Made by a program: the position numbers and the translations under genes. DNA of 64,000 nt from Candidatus Eiseniibacteriota bacterium (GTDB lineage: Bacteria; Joyebacterota; Joyebacteria; Joyebacterales; Joyebacteraceae): contig JBDRIO010000009.1 in assembly GCA_043815815.1 (NCBI GenBank), positions 75,293 through 139,292 of the forward strand, given 5' to 3'. Positions 1 through 10,815 of this stretch are shown here, piece after piece; the first letter of the stretch is position 1; each line of letters begins with the position of its first letter. Below the pieces are notes generated by a model. The model was not told the DNA's origin and did not search any database. It worked only from the letters and a program-made list of their open reading frames with translations.

Positions 1-2
1 TC

Positions 3-2864
3 CGTGAACAGGTCAGGGGCTGGTACGACAGTCTCATGAACGGGGACGGCGAGCTCTTCGCTCACGCGAAGAACGCCATCGTCTCTCTCGAAGGCGACGA
101 GAAGATCATCGAGTGGGACAACATATTCAGGTACGACGATGCGGGGCGCGTCGTGGGAACGCTTTCCTCGGGCGTGGACGTCACCGAGGCCGAGAGGGCG
201 GCGCAGACGCAGCGCGTCATCCACGAGATCTGGAACGCCGCGCACGCCGCGAGGGACACGAGAGAGCTCTTCGGGATGATCCACGAGAAACTGGGGTCCA
301 TCCTGAACGCGGAGAACTTCTTCATCGCTCTCTACGACAGCGGCAATGACAGCCTCTCCCTCACGTACTTCGTCGACGAGAAGGACCAGGACACCTTCGA
401 CTCATTCCCCGCCGGCAAGACGATGACCGGCTACGTCGTTCGGAACAACACGTCCCTCATGCTGACGCGCGAGGAGGCGGACAAGTGGGTCGAGGCCGGC
501 ATCATCGACATCATCGGAACGCCGTCCCAGATATGGCTCGGTGTCCCGCTCAGGGTCCGGGGCGCCGTGATCGGAGCCCTCGTTCTCCAGAGCTACACGA
601 ACCCGCGCGAGTACGGCCCGGCAGACCGCGACATGCTCGAGTTCGTGTCGGGGCAGATAGGCTTCGCCATCGAGGGCAAGCGGTCGGAACTGGACCTCCG
701 CACGAGCGAGGCCAAGAACCAGGCGATCATCGACGCGGTGCCCGACCTCATGTTCCAGTTCGACAGCGAGTGCAGGTTCCTGACGTACCAGGGGCCGCGC
801 AACAGCGAACTCGCCGTGCCGCCCGAGTTCTTCATCGGCAAGCGCATCTCCGACATATTCCCCCCGGAGCTCGCCGACAGGATGAACGAAGCCGTGGTGG
901 CCGTGCTCAAGACCGGGGTCCCTCAGGAGATCGTCTACCGCCTCCCCATCCCCTTCCCGAACGGGGACCCGCGCGACTTCGAGGCGAGGATGGTGCCGAG
1001 CGGGGACGGCAGGGTTCTGAGCGTCGTCCGCGACATCACCGAGCGCAAGCGGGCCGAGCGCATGCTCAGGGTGCTGAACGAGGCGTCGCTGGCGATGGAG
1101 CGCACGCTCACGCCCGACCAAGTCCTCGAGGTGGCGGCCGACAGCCTGCGTCGGGAGGGACTTCACGCGGTCGTGACGTTCGTCGATGAGGACGGAGAGA
1201 ACGCCTATCTCCGGTACATGAGCTTCGACCCGGATGCGCTCGCGAGGACGGAAGGCCAGGCCGGTATCAGCACGAAGTCGGTGTCCATCCCGATCGACGC
1301 CAGCACCATCCACAGGCAGGTCCTGCGCGACCGCCAGACGGTGTTCGAGGCGAACGCGGAGATGTTGATGCAGGAGGTTCTGCCGGGCTGCGGCCCGGAC
1401 GTGATCAGGAGCGTGGTCGGGGAGCTCGGCCTCTCCCACACGATGCACGCGCCTCTGGTCGCCGACAACGACGTCTTCGGCGTTCTGACCGTCCACTCGG
1501 GCGACCTGTCTCCGGCCGACGGCCCGGCCGTCACCGCGTTCGCAAATCAGCTTGCAGCGACCTTCCGCAAGGCCACTCTGCTGAACGAGCTCGAGGAGAG
1601 CCTCGGACAGCTCCAGGAGACGCAGGACCAGCTCCTCCAGGCGCAGAAGATGGAGGCGGTCGGCAGGCTCGCGGGAGGCGTCGCGCACGACTTCAACAAC
1701 CTCCTGACGGCAATGAAGGGATACGCGGAGCTGCTGCTCACGAATCAGCGGCTCGACGGGGCGGCACGCGCCGACGTCGAACAGATAAAGAAGGCCGCCG
1801 ACCAGGCCGCCGGACTGACCCGTCAACTCCTCGCGTTCAGTCGCAGGCAGCCGCTCCAGAGGAGGATCATTGACCTGAACAAGGTCGTGTCCGAGATGGA
1901 CGGCATGCTCAGGAGGCTCATCGGGGAGGACATCGAGCTCGTGTCCGACCTGCACGACGAGATCCGTCTCAAGGCCGACCCGGGCCAGATAGAGCAGGTC
2001 GTGATCAACCTCGTCGTGAACGCTCGAGATGCGATGCCCGAGGGCGGGAGACTCTCGGTCAAGACCAAGGCCGTGGTGCTCGACGAGAGGGCCTGCTCAT
2101 CCATCACGGGCGCGCGCCCGGGGTGGTTCGCCTGCGTCTCCATCGAGGACACCGGGTCGGGCATACCCAAGGAGATCGCCGACCAGATCTTCGAGCCGTT
2201 CTTCAGCACCAAGGGTCCGGGCAAGGGCACGGGACTCGGACTGGCGGTCGTCTACGGCATCGTGAAGCAGCACGAGGGTTGGATCAACGTGTACAGCGAG
2301 CCGCGCCACGGCACGGTGTTCAAGATCTACATCCCCGCCGCGGACGGAGAAGCCGAGGGCTCGGAGGACGAATCCAGGAGCACCAGAAGCCTCAAGGGAG
2401 CTGGGCAGCGCATCCTGCTCGTCGAGGACGAACGGACGGTCCGGGAGTTCGCGTCCCGCGCTCTCGCGCAGAGCGGCTACACGGTACTGGCCGCGGCTGA
2501 CGCGGAAGAGGCCTTGAGGATCTTCCGCAAGGAGGGCGGCGATTTCGCGCTCGTGTTCAGCGACGTCGTTCTGCCCGACAAGAGCGGCATCAGGCTCATC
2601 GGCGAGCTGGCGCAGGAGAAGCCGGACGTGCGGGTCATGCTCTCTAGCGGATACACCGACCAGAAGTCGCAGTGGCCCGTCATCGAGGAGAAGGGCTACC
2701 GTTTTCTGCAGAAGCCCTACTCGCTGACGGAGCTTCTGAACGCCGTGCGGGAGGCCGTTCTGGGAGAGGCACCGGGCGGGACGAAGACGCCCGGAGCGTC
2801 CGCGAGCGTCGAGGGCCGTTCCGGAGACGCTTCCGCCGGCCCACCGACCGAGGACACGCGCTAG
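3..2864 (+). CDS. Hybrid sensor histidine kinase/response regulator (PAS-GAF-PAS-GAF-HisKA-HATPase-REC), 5' end probably outside window
   Basis: ORF 36..2864, with the frame open back to nt 3. H-box '[12 protein letters not shown]'. ATPase boxes '[10 protein letters not shown]', 'DTGSGIP', '[13 protein letters not shown]'. C-terminal receiver 'RILLVEDE...DVVLPDKSG...LQKP'. Confidence 0.85.
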   Translation, partial: REQVRGWYDSLMNGDGELFAHAKNAIVSLEGDEKIIEWDNIFRYDDAGRVVGTLSSGVDVTEAERAAQTQRVIHEIWNAAHAARDTRELFGMIHEKLGSILNAENFFIALYDSGNDSLSLTYFVDEKDQDTFDSFPAGKTMTGYVVRNNTSLMLTREEADKWVEAGIIDIIGTPSQIWLGVPLRVRGAVIGALVLQSYTNPREYGPADRDMLEFVSGQIGFAIEGKRSELDLRTSEAKNQAIIDAVPDLMFQFDSECRFLTYQGPRNSELAVPPEFFIGKRISDIFPPELADRMNEAVVAVLKTGVPQEIVYRLPIPFPNGDPRDFEARMVPSGDGRVLSVVRDITERKRAERMLRVLNEASLAMERTLTPDQVLEVAADSLRREGLHAVVTFVDEDGENAYLRYMSFDPDALARTEGQAGISTKSVSIPIDASTIHRQVLRDRQTVFEANAEMLMQEVLPGCGPDVIRSVVGELGLSHTMHAPLVADNDVFGVLTVHSGDLSPADGPAVTAFANQLAATFRKATLLNELEESLGQLQETQDQLLQAQKMEAVGRLAGGVAHDFNNLLTAMKGYAELLLTNQRLDGAARADVEQIKKAADQAAGLTRQLLAFSRRQPLQRRIIDLNKVVSEMDGMLRRLIGEDIELVSDLHDEIRLKADPGQIEQVVINLVVNARDAMPEGGRLSVKTKAVVLDERACSSITGARPGWFACVSIEDTGSGIPKEIADQIFEPFFSTKGPGKGTGLGLAVVYGIVKQHEGWINVYSEPRHGTVFKIYIPAADGEAEGSEDESRSTRSLKGAGQRILLVEDERTVREFASRALAQSGYTVLAAADAEEALRIFRKEGGDFALVFSDVVLPDKSGIRLIGELAQEKPDVRVMLSSGYTDQKSQWPVIEEKGYRFLQKPYSLTELLNAVREAVLGEAPGGTKTPGASASVEGRSGDASAGPPTEDTR

Positions 2865-2920
2865 CGCGGAGAGCGGCGACGCGGCGCGCCGACACCGAGG
2901 GCAGCGTCACCTCACGACCG

Positions 2921-4609
2921 TCACCCCTTCATGAGGCTCCTCGCTTCCGTCAGCGAAGCGAGGAGTCTCTCTTTGGGAACGCCCACGTCCACGATGTCCC
3001 ACGGGAAGACCTCGTCGTCGCGGCGGGTCGTGTCGAGAATGCACGCGGCGTCGACGCCGGCGCGCTTGAGCGCGGACTTCCACGGCGCTCCGCTCGTCAC
3101 GAGAAGCTCTATCGCGGAGGCGAGCTCCCTGCCCCCGCGGGCCAGAACGCCCTCCCTCCGCGCCTCGCGAGGCCCCGAGGCCGTGAACTCGATCCGCGGC
3201 CTCCGGGACAGAGCTCTCCGCAGGAACGAGAGCTTCCGGCGGGCGTCGCTCTCGCTCGCCATCGGGAGCCACTGGAACGGCGTCCTGGCCTTGGGGACGA
3301 AGACGGAGACGCCGACGGTCACGCGCGCGCCCGGACGACCTGACGCGAACGCCTCCGCCAGCCGTCTGGCGAGTCCGGGGATCGACTCGACGTCGTCCGG
3401 CCGTTCTCCCGGAAGCCCCACCATGAAGTAGAGCTTGAGGGCCTCTCCCCCGGCTCGGGACAGGGCGGTGCAAGCCGAGAGGAGCGTCTCGTCCGACACG
3501 GGCTTCCCCACGAGGCGCCTGAGCCGTTCGCTGCCCGTCTCCGGCGCGAGCGTCACGGTCCTGACACCCGCGCTCACGAGCGCCCGGGCCAGTCCGTCGT
3601 CCACCCTGTCGGCGTGGACCGAAGAGACCGTGATCTCGGCCCCGAGACCGGAGAGCGATGAGAGGATCCCGCTCACGTCGGGGTGGTCCGCGAGCGCCGC
3701 GGACACGAGACCGACCTTGCCGGCGCGCTGGAGCGCGTTCCCGGCGGCCAGCAGGACCGCCTCGGGAGGGTGGAAGACGACGGGGCGGTACACGTGCCCG
3801 GCCGCGCAGAAGCGGCATGCGCGCGCGCACCCGGTGGATGTCTCCACGAGGAAAGTGTCCCTGAAGTACGAGTCCGGAGAGAGGATCACGGAGGAGACGG
3901 GAGCCCTACCGCGCGCTGCCCTCGCCCTGACGGGCAGCGGCGCTCCTGACGCGGCGCGGAAGCCCAGGACGGTCCCGTCATCGTCCGTCTCGACCTCGTA
4001 GAGGGACGGGACGTAGACGCCGTCGACCGACGCCAGCGACGCCAGGCGCTCGGGGCGCGCCGCCCCCCGCGTCGAGAGCACCGACGCGACGATGGGCGGA
4101 ACGAGAGCGGACGCGTCGCCGACCGCGACGGCGTCGGCGAACGGAGCCACGGGCTCGGCGTTCAGGAGCGCGCCGACACCTCCAACGACGACCACCGGGT
4201 CCGAGGCTCCCCGCTCGGAGGATCTGAGCGGGACGCCGCCCTCACGGAGCATCCTCGCGAGTCCGGGGTAATCGCCCTCGAAGGAGACGGAGAACGCCAC
4301 GACGTCGAAGTCGCGCAGCGGCGTCCCCGTCTCGAGGCTGGATCCGCCTGAGCCGCTCGTCTCCGCGGGGCCCGGGATCGCCGACGCGCCTTCCGCCAGG
4401 AGGGCGTGGCCCCTCTCGAGAAAGGCGCGTTCGCAATGGACCCGCGGGTGCTCGGCGAAGCTCCTGAAGGCCGCATGGAAGCCCAGGTTGCTCATCCCGA
4501 GCTCGTAGCTCTCGGGGTAGCACAGGACCACCGTGAGCGAGTCAGAAGACGCCTGCGCCGCGTCGGGCCGGCTCGTGAGCCAGACCTCGCGGCGCAGAGG
4601 ACGTTCCAT
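2921..4609 (-). CDS. Radical SAM enzyme, uncharacterised TIGR03960-like family
   Basis: ORF 2921..4645. ATG at 4609 is preceded by GGAGG. N-terminal signature 'YPESYELGMSNLGFH' and Fe-S motif 'CARACRFCAAG' (CxxxCxxC). Confidence 0.8.
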   Translation of the reverse strand: MERPLRREVWLTSRPDAAQASSDSLTVVLCYPESYELGMSNLGFHAAFRSFAEHPRVHCERAFLERGHALLAEGASAIPGPAETSGSGGSSLETGTPLRDFDVVAFSVSFEGDYPGLARMLREGGVPLRSSERGASDPVVVVGGVGALLNAEPVAPFADAVAVGDASALVPPIVASVLSTRGAARPERLASLASVDGVYVPSLYEVETDDDGTVLGFRAASGAPLPVRARAARGRAPVSSVILSPDSYFRDTFLVETSTGCARACRFCAAGHVYRPVVFHPPEAVLLAAGNALQRAGKVGLVSAALADHPDVSGILSSLSGLGAEITVSSVHADRVDDGLARALVSAGVRTVTLAPETGSERLRRLVGKPVSDETLLSACTALSRAGGEALKLYFMVGLPGERPDDVESIPGLARRLAEAFASGRPGARVTVGVSVFVPKARTPFQWLPMASESDARRKLSFLRRALSRRPRIEFTASGPREARREGVLARGGRELASAIELLVTSGAPWKSALKRAGVDAACILDTTRRDDEVFPWDIVDVGVPKERLLASLTEARSLMKG

Positions 4610-4696
4610 TCTCTTGCCTCCCCGATCTTCCTCGGTGCTACTCACGCGCGCCCGCCGCCGTGGACACCGGCGCGCCGACCCGCGAGGTCGCGTCTC

Positions 4697-6358
4697 TCAC
4701 GCGTGCATCTTCCGGAGCTCGCGGTGACCGGGCGTCAAGTCGGAGAGCTGAGCGCGGGCTATCGGGTTGCGGGCGTCGAGTTCGAGCACCTCCCTGAACT
4801 GACCGTCCGCCTCCTCGGACCTGTCGACGCGGCGATACGTGAGACCGAGCGTCAGTCTGGCCTCCACGAAGCTCGCGTTTATCTCGACGGCCCTCTCCAG
4901 CTCGCCGATCGCTTCGTTGTAGCGCTCGTTCGCTATGTAGCGGTCGGCCAGTTCGCGGTGCAGATCGGCGTAGCCGGGCCTCAGCGTGAGCGCCTTCTCC
5001 AGGTGCGCGATCGCCTCGTCTTCCTTGCCGAGATGCGCTTTCGCGCGACCGAGGTACGAGTGCGCCTCGGCGTACCCGTCGTTGATCCTGATCGCCTCCG
5101 ACAGCTCCTTCTCGGCCTCATCGTACGCGCCCCTCGCCACGTAGGCCGCGCCGAGACCGCAGTGGAGGTCGGCGTAGTCCGGATGCTGCTTGAGCGCGGC
5201 GCGATATCTCTCGATGGCCGCGTCGTAGTCGCCGCTCTCGAGCATGATGTCTGCCGACTCGCCCGGCATGTCCCTCCAGAACCTCGGGTCCTCGAAGGCT
5301 ATCTTGAAGGCCTTCACCGCCTCGTCGGTCCTTCCGGACGAGAGGTCGGTCATGCCGAGGTAGTAGTGCGCCAGCGCGTAACACGGACAGGACCGCGCCA
5401 CCGGCGAGAACTGGGTCCGGGCGTCGTCGAACATCCCGCGCTTGAAGTACGCGATGCCGAGGTAGCACTTGAGATCCCAGTAGTCGGGCTTGAGCTCAAC
5501 GCCGCGCTTCAAGACCTCGCACGCGTCGCGGTACTTCCCCACCTTGAGCAGGTAGACGCCGCGGTAGAAGAGGGCGTCGACGTAGGTCGGGTTGACGTCC
5601 AGCGCCTCGTCGAGTTCCGCCACGGCCTCCTCGAACCGGCCTGCCTCGCCGAACGCTATCGCGAGCCGACAACGGATGTCCGGATATGACGGCTTGAGCG
5701 CCACGGCCTTTCTGAACCCGTCGATGGCCTCGTCGAGGCGCCCTCCGTTGTAGGCGGTTATCGCGTCGTTCACGAGGGTCCGGAACTCCTCCTTGGCGAC
5801 CGTCGCCTCCTTGAGCTCGTTGTACGGCGGCTGGAGCAGCTTTTCGCTCAGCTCCGAGATGTGCTGGGTGTCCGGCGTGGGAACGGAGAGCCCGAACTTC
5901 GTCGCCTTCTCGAAGGCAGTGACGGCCTCGTCGTGCTTGCCGGACTCGGAGAGAGAGATGGCGAGCTGGCAGTAGGCCTCCATGTACTCCGGGTTGATCT
6001 CCACGGCGCGCCTCAGGGCCTCGATCGCCTCGGCGTGCCGTCCCTGTCTCTCGTAGATCACCCCGAGATGATAGTGGAGGTCGGGGTAACGAGCGTTCTC
6101 CTCGATGGCCTTCTTGAACTGCTCCTCGGCCTTCGAGAGGTCGTCCTGTTTGTAGAAAGAGAACCCGAGATGAGCGTGTGTCTCGGCCGCGTAGAACATG
6201 CCCAACTGGTAGTAGGGGTCGGACTTGTCCTTGATCGTGGCGATCACTTCTTCGAACTCGACCACGGCCTTGTCGTACTCGCCGCAGTTGTAGTATTCGA
6301 TTCCTTTGTTGTAGTGATCGCTCTCACCGAGCCCGAAGAGCTTGGTGAAGAGGGACAT
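4697..6358 (-). CDS. Tetratricopeptide-repeat (TPR) protein
   Basis: ORF 4697..6418. ATG at 6358 is preceded by AAGGAGGAA. Many consecutive 34-aa TPR units, e.g. 'AIEALRRAVEINPEYMEAYCQLAISLSESGKHDEA'. Confidence 0.85.
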   Translation of the reverse strand: MSLFTKLFGLGESDHYNKGIEYYNCGEYDKAVVEFEEVIATIKDKSDPYYQLGMFYAAETHAHLGFSFYKQDDLSKAEEQFKKAIEENARYPDLHYHLGVIYERQGRHAEAIEALRRAVEINPEYMEAYCQLAISLSESGKHDEAVTAFEKATKFGLSVPTPDTQHISELSEKLLQPPYNELKEATVAKEEFRTLVNDAITAYNGGRLDEAIDGFRKAVALKPSYPDIRCRLAIAFGEAGRFEEAVAELDEALDVNPTYVDALFYRGVYLLKVGKYRDACEVLKRGVELKPDYWDLKCYLGIAYFKRGMFDDARTQFSPVARSCPCYALAHYYLGMTDLSSGRTDEAVKAFKIAFEDPRFWRDMPGESADIMLESGDYDAAIERYRAALKQHPDYADLHCGLGAAYVARGAYDEAEKELSEAIRINDGYAEAHSYLGRAKAHLGKEDEAIAHLEKALTLRPGYADLHRELADRYIANERYNEAIGELERAVEINASFVEARLTLGLTYRRVDRSEEADGQFREVLELDARNPIARAQLSDLTPGHRELRKMHA

Positions 6359-6443
6359 GAGTTCCTCCTTCTTGCCGGCCGGCCGACGGGGCTTCGTCTG
6401 GCATCCCGGCGGTTCCACACGGTAGGATCCGCCGCGACCGTTG

Positions 6444-6517
6444 CCTGTAGATCTGCTCCTGGTTGCCTGGTCCGCACACTCCCGAGTACCTGTCAGTCTG
6501 CTCCTGTTGCCTAGTCC
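6444..6517. repeat. Two direct ~30-nt copies (period 45 nt); the second contains the ftsZ stop codon
   Basis: 6444-6473 'cctgtagatctgctcctggttgcctggtcc' versus 6489-6517 'cctgtcagtctgctcctgttgcctagtcc', about 25/30 identical. The stop CTA (TAG on minus) is CTG in the downstream copy. Confidence 0.7.
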
Positions 6518-7671
6518 ATCTGCCTTCTCAGAAAGGTCGGGATCTCCAGGTCGCGCTTCGACCCCCTGCGCGACGAGCGGGCGACGAGCTGGTTCCGGGG
6601 AGCGGGCTCGGGTTCCCGCGAGACGGGCGGCTCGCTCGCGGCGGGCCTCGGCCTGAGCCTGCGAACCTCGGGCCTCTCCTCTCCGCGCGCCTCCGGCCTC
6701 GCCTTCTTCCGCTCGGAGTTGATGCCGGTCGCGATGACGGTGATCATCACCTCGTCCTTCATATTATCGTTGATGACGGCCCCGAAGATCATGTTCGACT
6801 CGGCTCCGATCGCCTCGTTGATGATCATCGCGGCCTCGTTGATCTCGTGAAGCGTGAGGTCCGGGCCGCCCGTGACGTTGACGAGGACGCCAGCCGCTCC
6901 GACGATGCTCTGGTCCTCGAGGAGCGGGCTCGATATGGCCTGCTGCGCCGACTCGACGGCTCTGTTCTTACCGGCGGACACGCCCGTGCCCATGACGGCG
7001 TCGCCCATGCCGGTCATCACCGAACGGACGTCGGCGAAGTCGAGGTTGACGAGCCCCGGGACCATGATGAGGTCGGAGACGCCCCTGGTGGCGCGAAGCA
7101 GCACGTCGTCGGCGATCCGGAAGGCCTCCCGTATCGGGGTGTCCTTGCTCGCGACTGCGAGAAGTCTCTGGTTGGGTATCACGATCGAGGTGTCGACCTC
7201 GTCCCTCAGGAGCTTGAGGCCTTCGACCGCCTGTCTCATTCTGTACTGCCCCTCGAAGAGGAACGGCTTCGACACGACCGCCACGACGAGCGCGCCCATG
7301 TTCTTGGCCATCTTCGCCACGACCGGCGCTCCGCCGGTGCCGGTCCCTCCGCCCATGCCCGCGGCGATGAAGACCATGTCGGCGCCCTTGAGCATCCCGG
7401 CGACCGCCTCGGCGTCCTCCTCCGCGGCCCGTCTGCCGACCTCGGGGTTCCCACCAGAGCCCAGGCCGTGCGTTAGCTCACGCCCCACCTGGACCTGGTC
7501 GGGTGCGAGACAGCAGCCGAGCGCCTGAGCGTCGGTGTTGATCGCCACGAAATCGACGCCGGTGAAACCCGACTCGATCATCCTGTTGACGGCGTTGCCG
7601 CCCGCTCCACCCACTCCGATGACCTTGATCTTCGCCGTCTGCTCGGGCTCGAACTCGAGCTGTAGCTTCAT
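6511..7671 (-). CDS. ftsZ: Cell division protein FtsZ
   Basis: 'VIGVGGAGGNAVNRM' and 'GGTGTGGAPVVAKMAK' tubulin signature. Start set at MKLQ (7671), preceded by AGGAGGTGA. The ORF is open up to 7755. Confidence 0.95.
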   Translation of the reverse strand: MKLQLEFEPEQTAKIKVIGVGGAGGNAVNRMIESGFTGVDFVAINTDAQALGCCLAPDQVQVGRELTHGLGSGGNPEVGRRAAEEDAEAVAGMLKGADMVFIAAGMGGGTGTGGAPVVAKMAKNMGALVVAVVSKPFLFEGQYRMRQAVEGLKLLRDEVDTSIVIPNQRLLAVASKDTPIREAFRIADDVLLRATRGVSDLIMVPGLVNLDFADVRSVMTGMGDAVMGTGVSAGKNRAVESAQQAISSPLLEDQSIVGAAGVLVNVTGGPDLTLHEINEAAMIINEAIGAESNMIFGAVINDNMKDEVMITVIATGINSERKKARPEARGEERPEVRRLRPRPAASEPPVSREPEPAPRNQLVARSSRRGSKRDLEIPTFLRRQMD

Positions 7672-7781
7672 CCCGCTCACCTCCTGCGGTCCCCGGCTGC
7701 GCCTGCGGGACCCACGATTCGCCGTCCTGCCGCCCTTCTTCTTGTTCTTCGTCATTCCGGACGCTCCTTCTGCCGCCTCGT

Positions 7782-9005
7782 CTAGAGCAGCCTGTCCACG
7801 AGCTGCTTCACTCTCTGGACCGTATCCGCCAGGGGACGCTCAGCCCTGATGCGCGCGCCGCCCTGGTAGGCCGCCGTAGAGACGACCGTGCCGACCGCGG
7901 CCGCGTACGCCGGATCCGCCACCGCGTCGAAGCTCCCGGAGACCCTGTCCGGCAACCCGATCCTCGTCGAGGAGCCGAACACCTGCTCGGCGACGTCGGA
8001 CACGCACTCGAGTCTCGCGCCTCCGCCGGTCAGCACGACGCCGGCGGGGACGCGCGTCGAGTACTCCGTGCTTCTGAGTTCGTTCACCACCAGCTCGAAG
8101 ATCTCTCGCGCCCTGGGCTCGATGATCGCCGCCAGCATCTGTCGGGAACTCTCCCGAGGGGGCCTCCCCCCGACCGTCGGTATCTCGATGAGGTCGTCCG
8201 GCGCCTCCGACGCGAGCGCGCAGCCCTCGTCCCTCTTGAGCTGCTCGCCTCTCGAGAGCGGGACCCGGAGCCCCACTGCGATGTCGTTCGTGATGCTGGA
8301 CGCGCCCCAGCCGATGGACGCCGTGTGCCTGACGGCACCCGCGTGGTAGAGCGTGAGACCGGTCGTGCCGGCACTCAGGTTGACCACGAGCACTCCGAGT
8401 TCCTTCTCGTCGGGCGAGAGCGACGCCACGCTCGCCGCGAGCGGCTTCAGAGTGATGCGGTCGGTCTTGAGGCCCGCCTTGCGCACGGCCCTCACGACGT
8501 TGTCGACGGCCTGCTGCGAGGCGGTCACGATGTGAACCCGCGAACCGAGACGGACACCGGACATCCCGATGGGGTCGCGGATGCCGCGCTGCCCGTCGAC
8601 GAAGAACTCCTGCGGCAGGACGTCGATGATGGCCCTGCCGACGGGGAGCGCCAGCGTCTTGGCCGCGTCCAGCACGGTGTCGATCTCGGACTTCGTGATC
8701 TCACCGCCGGACCTCGACACCGCGATGACGCCCCTGCTGTCGATGCCCTTGATGTGTTCGCCGTCGATGGAGACCGAGACGCGCCCTATCTCGACGTCGG
8801 CGCTCTCCTCCGCCGCTTCGACGGCGGCGCGGATCGACGTCGACGCCTTCTCCATGTTGACGATCACTCCCGCCTCTATGCCCTCGGACGGACTCTCACC
8901 CGCGCCCAGGACCTCGGGGAGTTCGCGCTCCGACACGTCCGCGACGACAACCTTGACCCTGCTCGTGCCGAGGTCCAATCCGACCAGGATCTCGCTCTTC
9001 CTCAC
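7782..9005 (-). CDS. ftsA: Cell division protein FtsA
   Basis: Actin-like ATPase motifs 'VGLDLGTSRVKVVVA' and 'VVLTGGGARL'. Sits between ftsQ and ftsZ. Confidence 0.95.
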   Translation of the reverse strand: MRKSEILVGLDLGTSRVKVVVADVSERELPEVLGAGESPSEGIEAGVIVNMEKASTSIRAAVEAAEESADVEIGRVSVSIDGEHIKGIDSRGVIAVSRSGGEITKSEIDTVLDAAKTLALPVGRAIIDVLPQEFFVDGQRGIRDPIGMSGVRLGSRVHIVTASQQAVDNVVRAVRKAGLKTDRITLKPLAASVASLSPDEKELGVLVVNLSAGTTGLTLYHAGAVRHTASIGWGASSITNDIAVGLRVPLSRGEQLKRDEGCALASEAPDDLIEIPTVGGRPPRESSRQMLAAIIEPRAREIFELVVNELRSTEYSTRVPAGVVLTGGGARLECVSDVAEQVFGSSTRIGLPDRVSGSFDAVADPAYAAAVGTVVSTAAYQGGARIRAERPLADTVQRVKQLVDRLL

Positions 9006-9019
9006 GAGGAACCCTCCTC

Positions 9020-9895
9020 CTAGACTCTCCCGCCGGGACGCACCCGGACTACCGCCTGATCCTCGAACCTCAGATCTATCGACTCGGCCGCGACGCCTCT
9101 TGCATCGAGGTCCGAGAGGACCATCGAGAGGCGTGCGAGACCGTCTTCGTCAAGAGCGCCGGAGCCAACCCTGATCTCTGCCCCGTCGGCTACCGTGTAG
9201 ATGACCAGACCCGACCCCGGCGCAATCCTCACTTCAGACATGTCCATCCAGAGGGCCACCGACACGTCCCGGGCCCTCCTGATCAGTTCCAGTGCGGCGA
9301 CGAGCTCCTCGTCGTCTATGGTCGCGCCCGTCTCGAGGTCCCGACGCCCGCCCGTGACGACGGGCACGTCGACGAACGCGGTGCGCTCGACCTGCGGCAG
9401 GATCGTCAGGTCGTCCGCGACCTCGAAGACGCCGCCCGCGGTCTCGACGAGCGCCAGCGGCTCCTTCTCGACGAGTCGGATGAGCACCCTGTCAGGAAGG
9501 AGCTTCGACGCCTGCGCGCGCTCGACGCGCGGGGAGCTGGCGATGGCCGCCTCCACGGCGGGCACGCTGACCGCCAGCAGGCTCGCGCCCTCGGACAGGC
9601 CGGAGAGCGCCTCAACCTCGTGCGACGTGAGCACCGTGGCGCCCCTCACGTCGACGCGAGCGATACGGAACGCCTCGGCGTCCCGGCCCCATCCCGGAGC
9701 GACGACGGAGACGAACCCGATCCCTCCCGCCAGGAGGAGGGCGGACGAGACGATGGCGATGCGGCGCCACGAGAGCGCCCTTTTCTCACGGCGTGCCGGG
9801 CCGGCCCCCGCGCGTTTGCGCGCGCGAGCCGCGGGTGATGCCCGTTTCACGCCTGCGCCGCGTCTCATCCACTCCCTCATGGCGGGGAATCGCAT
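9020..9895 (-). CDS. ftsQ: Cell division protein FtsQ/DivIB (TM + POTRA)
   Basis: Basic N-terminus, TM 'IAIVSSALLLAGGIGFVSVV', POTRA-like 'IARVDVRGATVLTSHEVEALSGL'. Sits between murB and ftsA. Confidence 0.8.
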   Translation of the reverse strand: MRFPAMREWMRRGAGVKRASPAARARKRAGAGPARREKRALSWRRIAIVSSALLLAGGIGFVSVVAPGWGRDAEAFRIARVDVRGATVLTSHEVEALSGLSEGASLLAVSVPAVEAAIASSPRVERAQASKLLPDRVLIRLVEKEPLALVETAGGVFEVADDLTILPQVERTAFVDVPVVTGGRRDLETGATIDDEELVAALELIRRARDVSVALWMDMSEVRIAPGSGLVIYTVADGAEIRVGSGALDEDGLARLSMVLSDLDARGVAAESIDLRFEDQAVVRVRPGGRV

Positions 9896-9896
9896 G

Positions 9897-10814
9897 TCAG
9901 TTGGCCCGCCTTCCGATGATCTCTATCTCGAGTTCGAGTTCGACGCCGGTGTCGTCGGCGACCCTGCCCCGGACGAGTTCGATGAGCTTCTCCACGTCGT
10001 CCGCCGTGGCGCCCCTGTCGTTCACGATGAAGTTGGCGTGCTGGTCGGAGACGACGGCCCCTCCGACGCGCGTCCCCTTAAGACCCGACCCGTCGATGAG
10101 AAGGCCGGCGGAGGCTTCGGCGGTGTTCTTGAAGATGCAGCCCGCGCTCCTCATCCCGCACGGCTGCTCCCGCCACTTCCGGTCCAGCATCTCCCTCTGG
10201 CTGGTCCTGATCGCCTCGGGCGCGCCCTCGTCCAGTTCGAGGCTCACCCTCTCGACGATGGCGCCCGCAGGGAGCGACGTGCTCCGATACCCGAACTCGA
10301 GGGCGTCGGCCGGCAGGACGGAGGAGCTTCCGCCGGGCTTGAACGTGACGACCGACGTCAGCCTCTCCCCTATGGCGACGCCGTGGCTTCCGGCGTTCAT
10401 TACGACCGCGCCGCCCACGCTGCCCGGAATGCCCGCGAGCCCCTCGAGCCCCGCGAGCCCCTCGTCGGCGCAGAACGAGAGCAGCCTGGCCAGCGGGACC
10501 CCGCTCCCGGCCGTGACGGCGTTGCCGTCACGCTCGAGCTCGCCCAGGGCTCTTCCGGCAACGAGGACGGCCCCGTCGATGCCGCCGCGCCTGACCAGGA
10601 CGTTCGTCCCGCGTCCCAGCACCCGCGACGGGATCCCCTCGTCCGCCAGGAACGCCGCGCAGCTCTTGAAGGCCGTCTCGTCCGGGGCGTCGATGAGCAC
10701 GTCGGCAGGACCGCCGAGGCCGAACGACGTGTGGCGCGACATCGGCTCGTCGAACTTGACGCCCACGGGGGCGAGTTCGTTGAGACGCTCTGTGACGACC
10801 CTCGGAAGTTCCAT
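9897..10814 (-). CDS. murB: UDP-N-acetylenolpyruvoylglucosamine reductase MurB
   Basis: 'FGLGGPADVLID', 'RVLGRGTNVLV', 'AGCIFKN'. There is a 1-nt gap to ftsQ. Confidence 0.9.
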   Translation of the reverse strand: MELPRVVTERLNELAPVGVKFDEPMSRHTSFGLGGPADVLIDAPDETAFKSCAAFLADEGIPSRVLGRGTNVLVRRGGIDGAVLVAGRALGELERDGNAVTAGSGVPLARLLSFCADEGLAGLEGLAGIPGSVGGAVVMNAGSHGVAIGERLTSVVTFKPGGSSSVLPADALEFGYRSTSLPAGAIVERVSLELDEGAPEAIRTSQREMLDRKWREQPCGMRSAGCIFKNTAEASAGLLIDGSGLKGTRVGGAVVSDQHANFIVNDRGATADDVEKLIELVRGRVADDTGVELELEIEIIGRRAN

Positions 10815-10815
10815 G

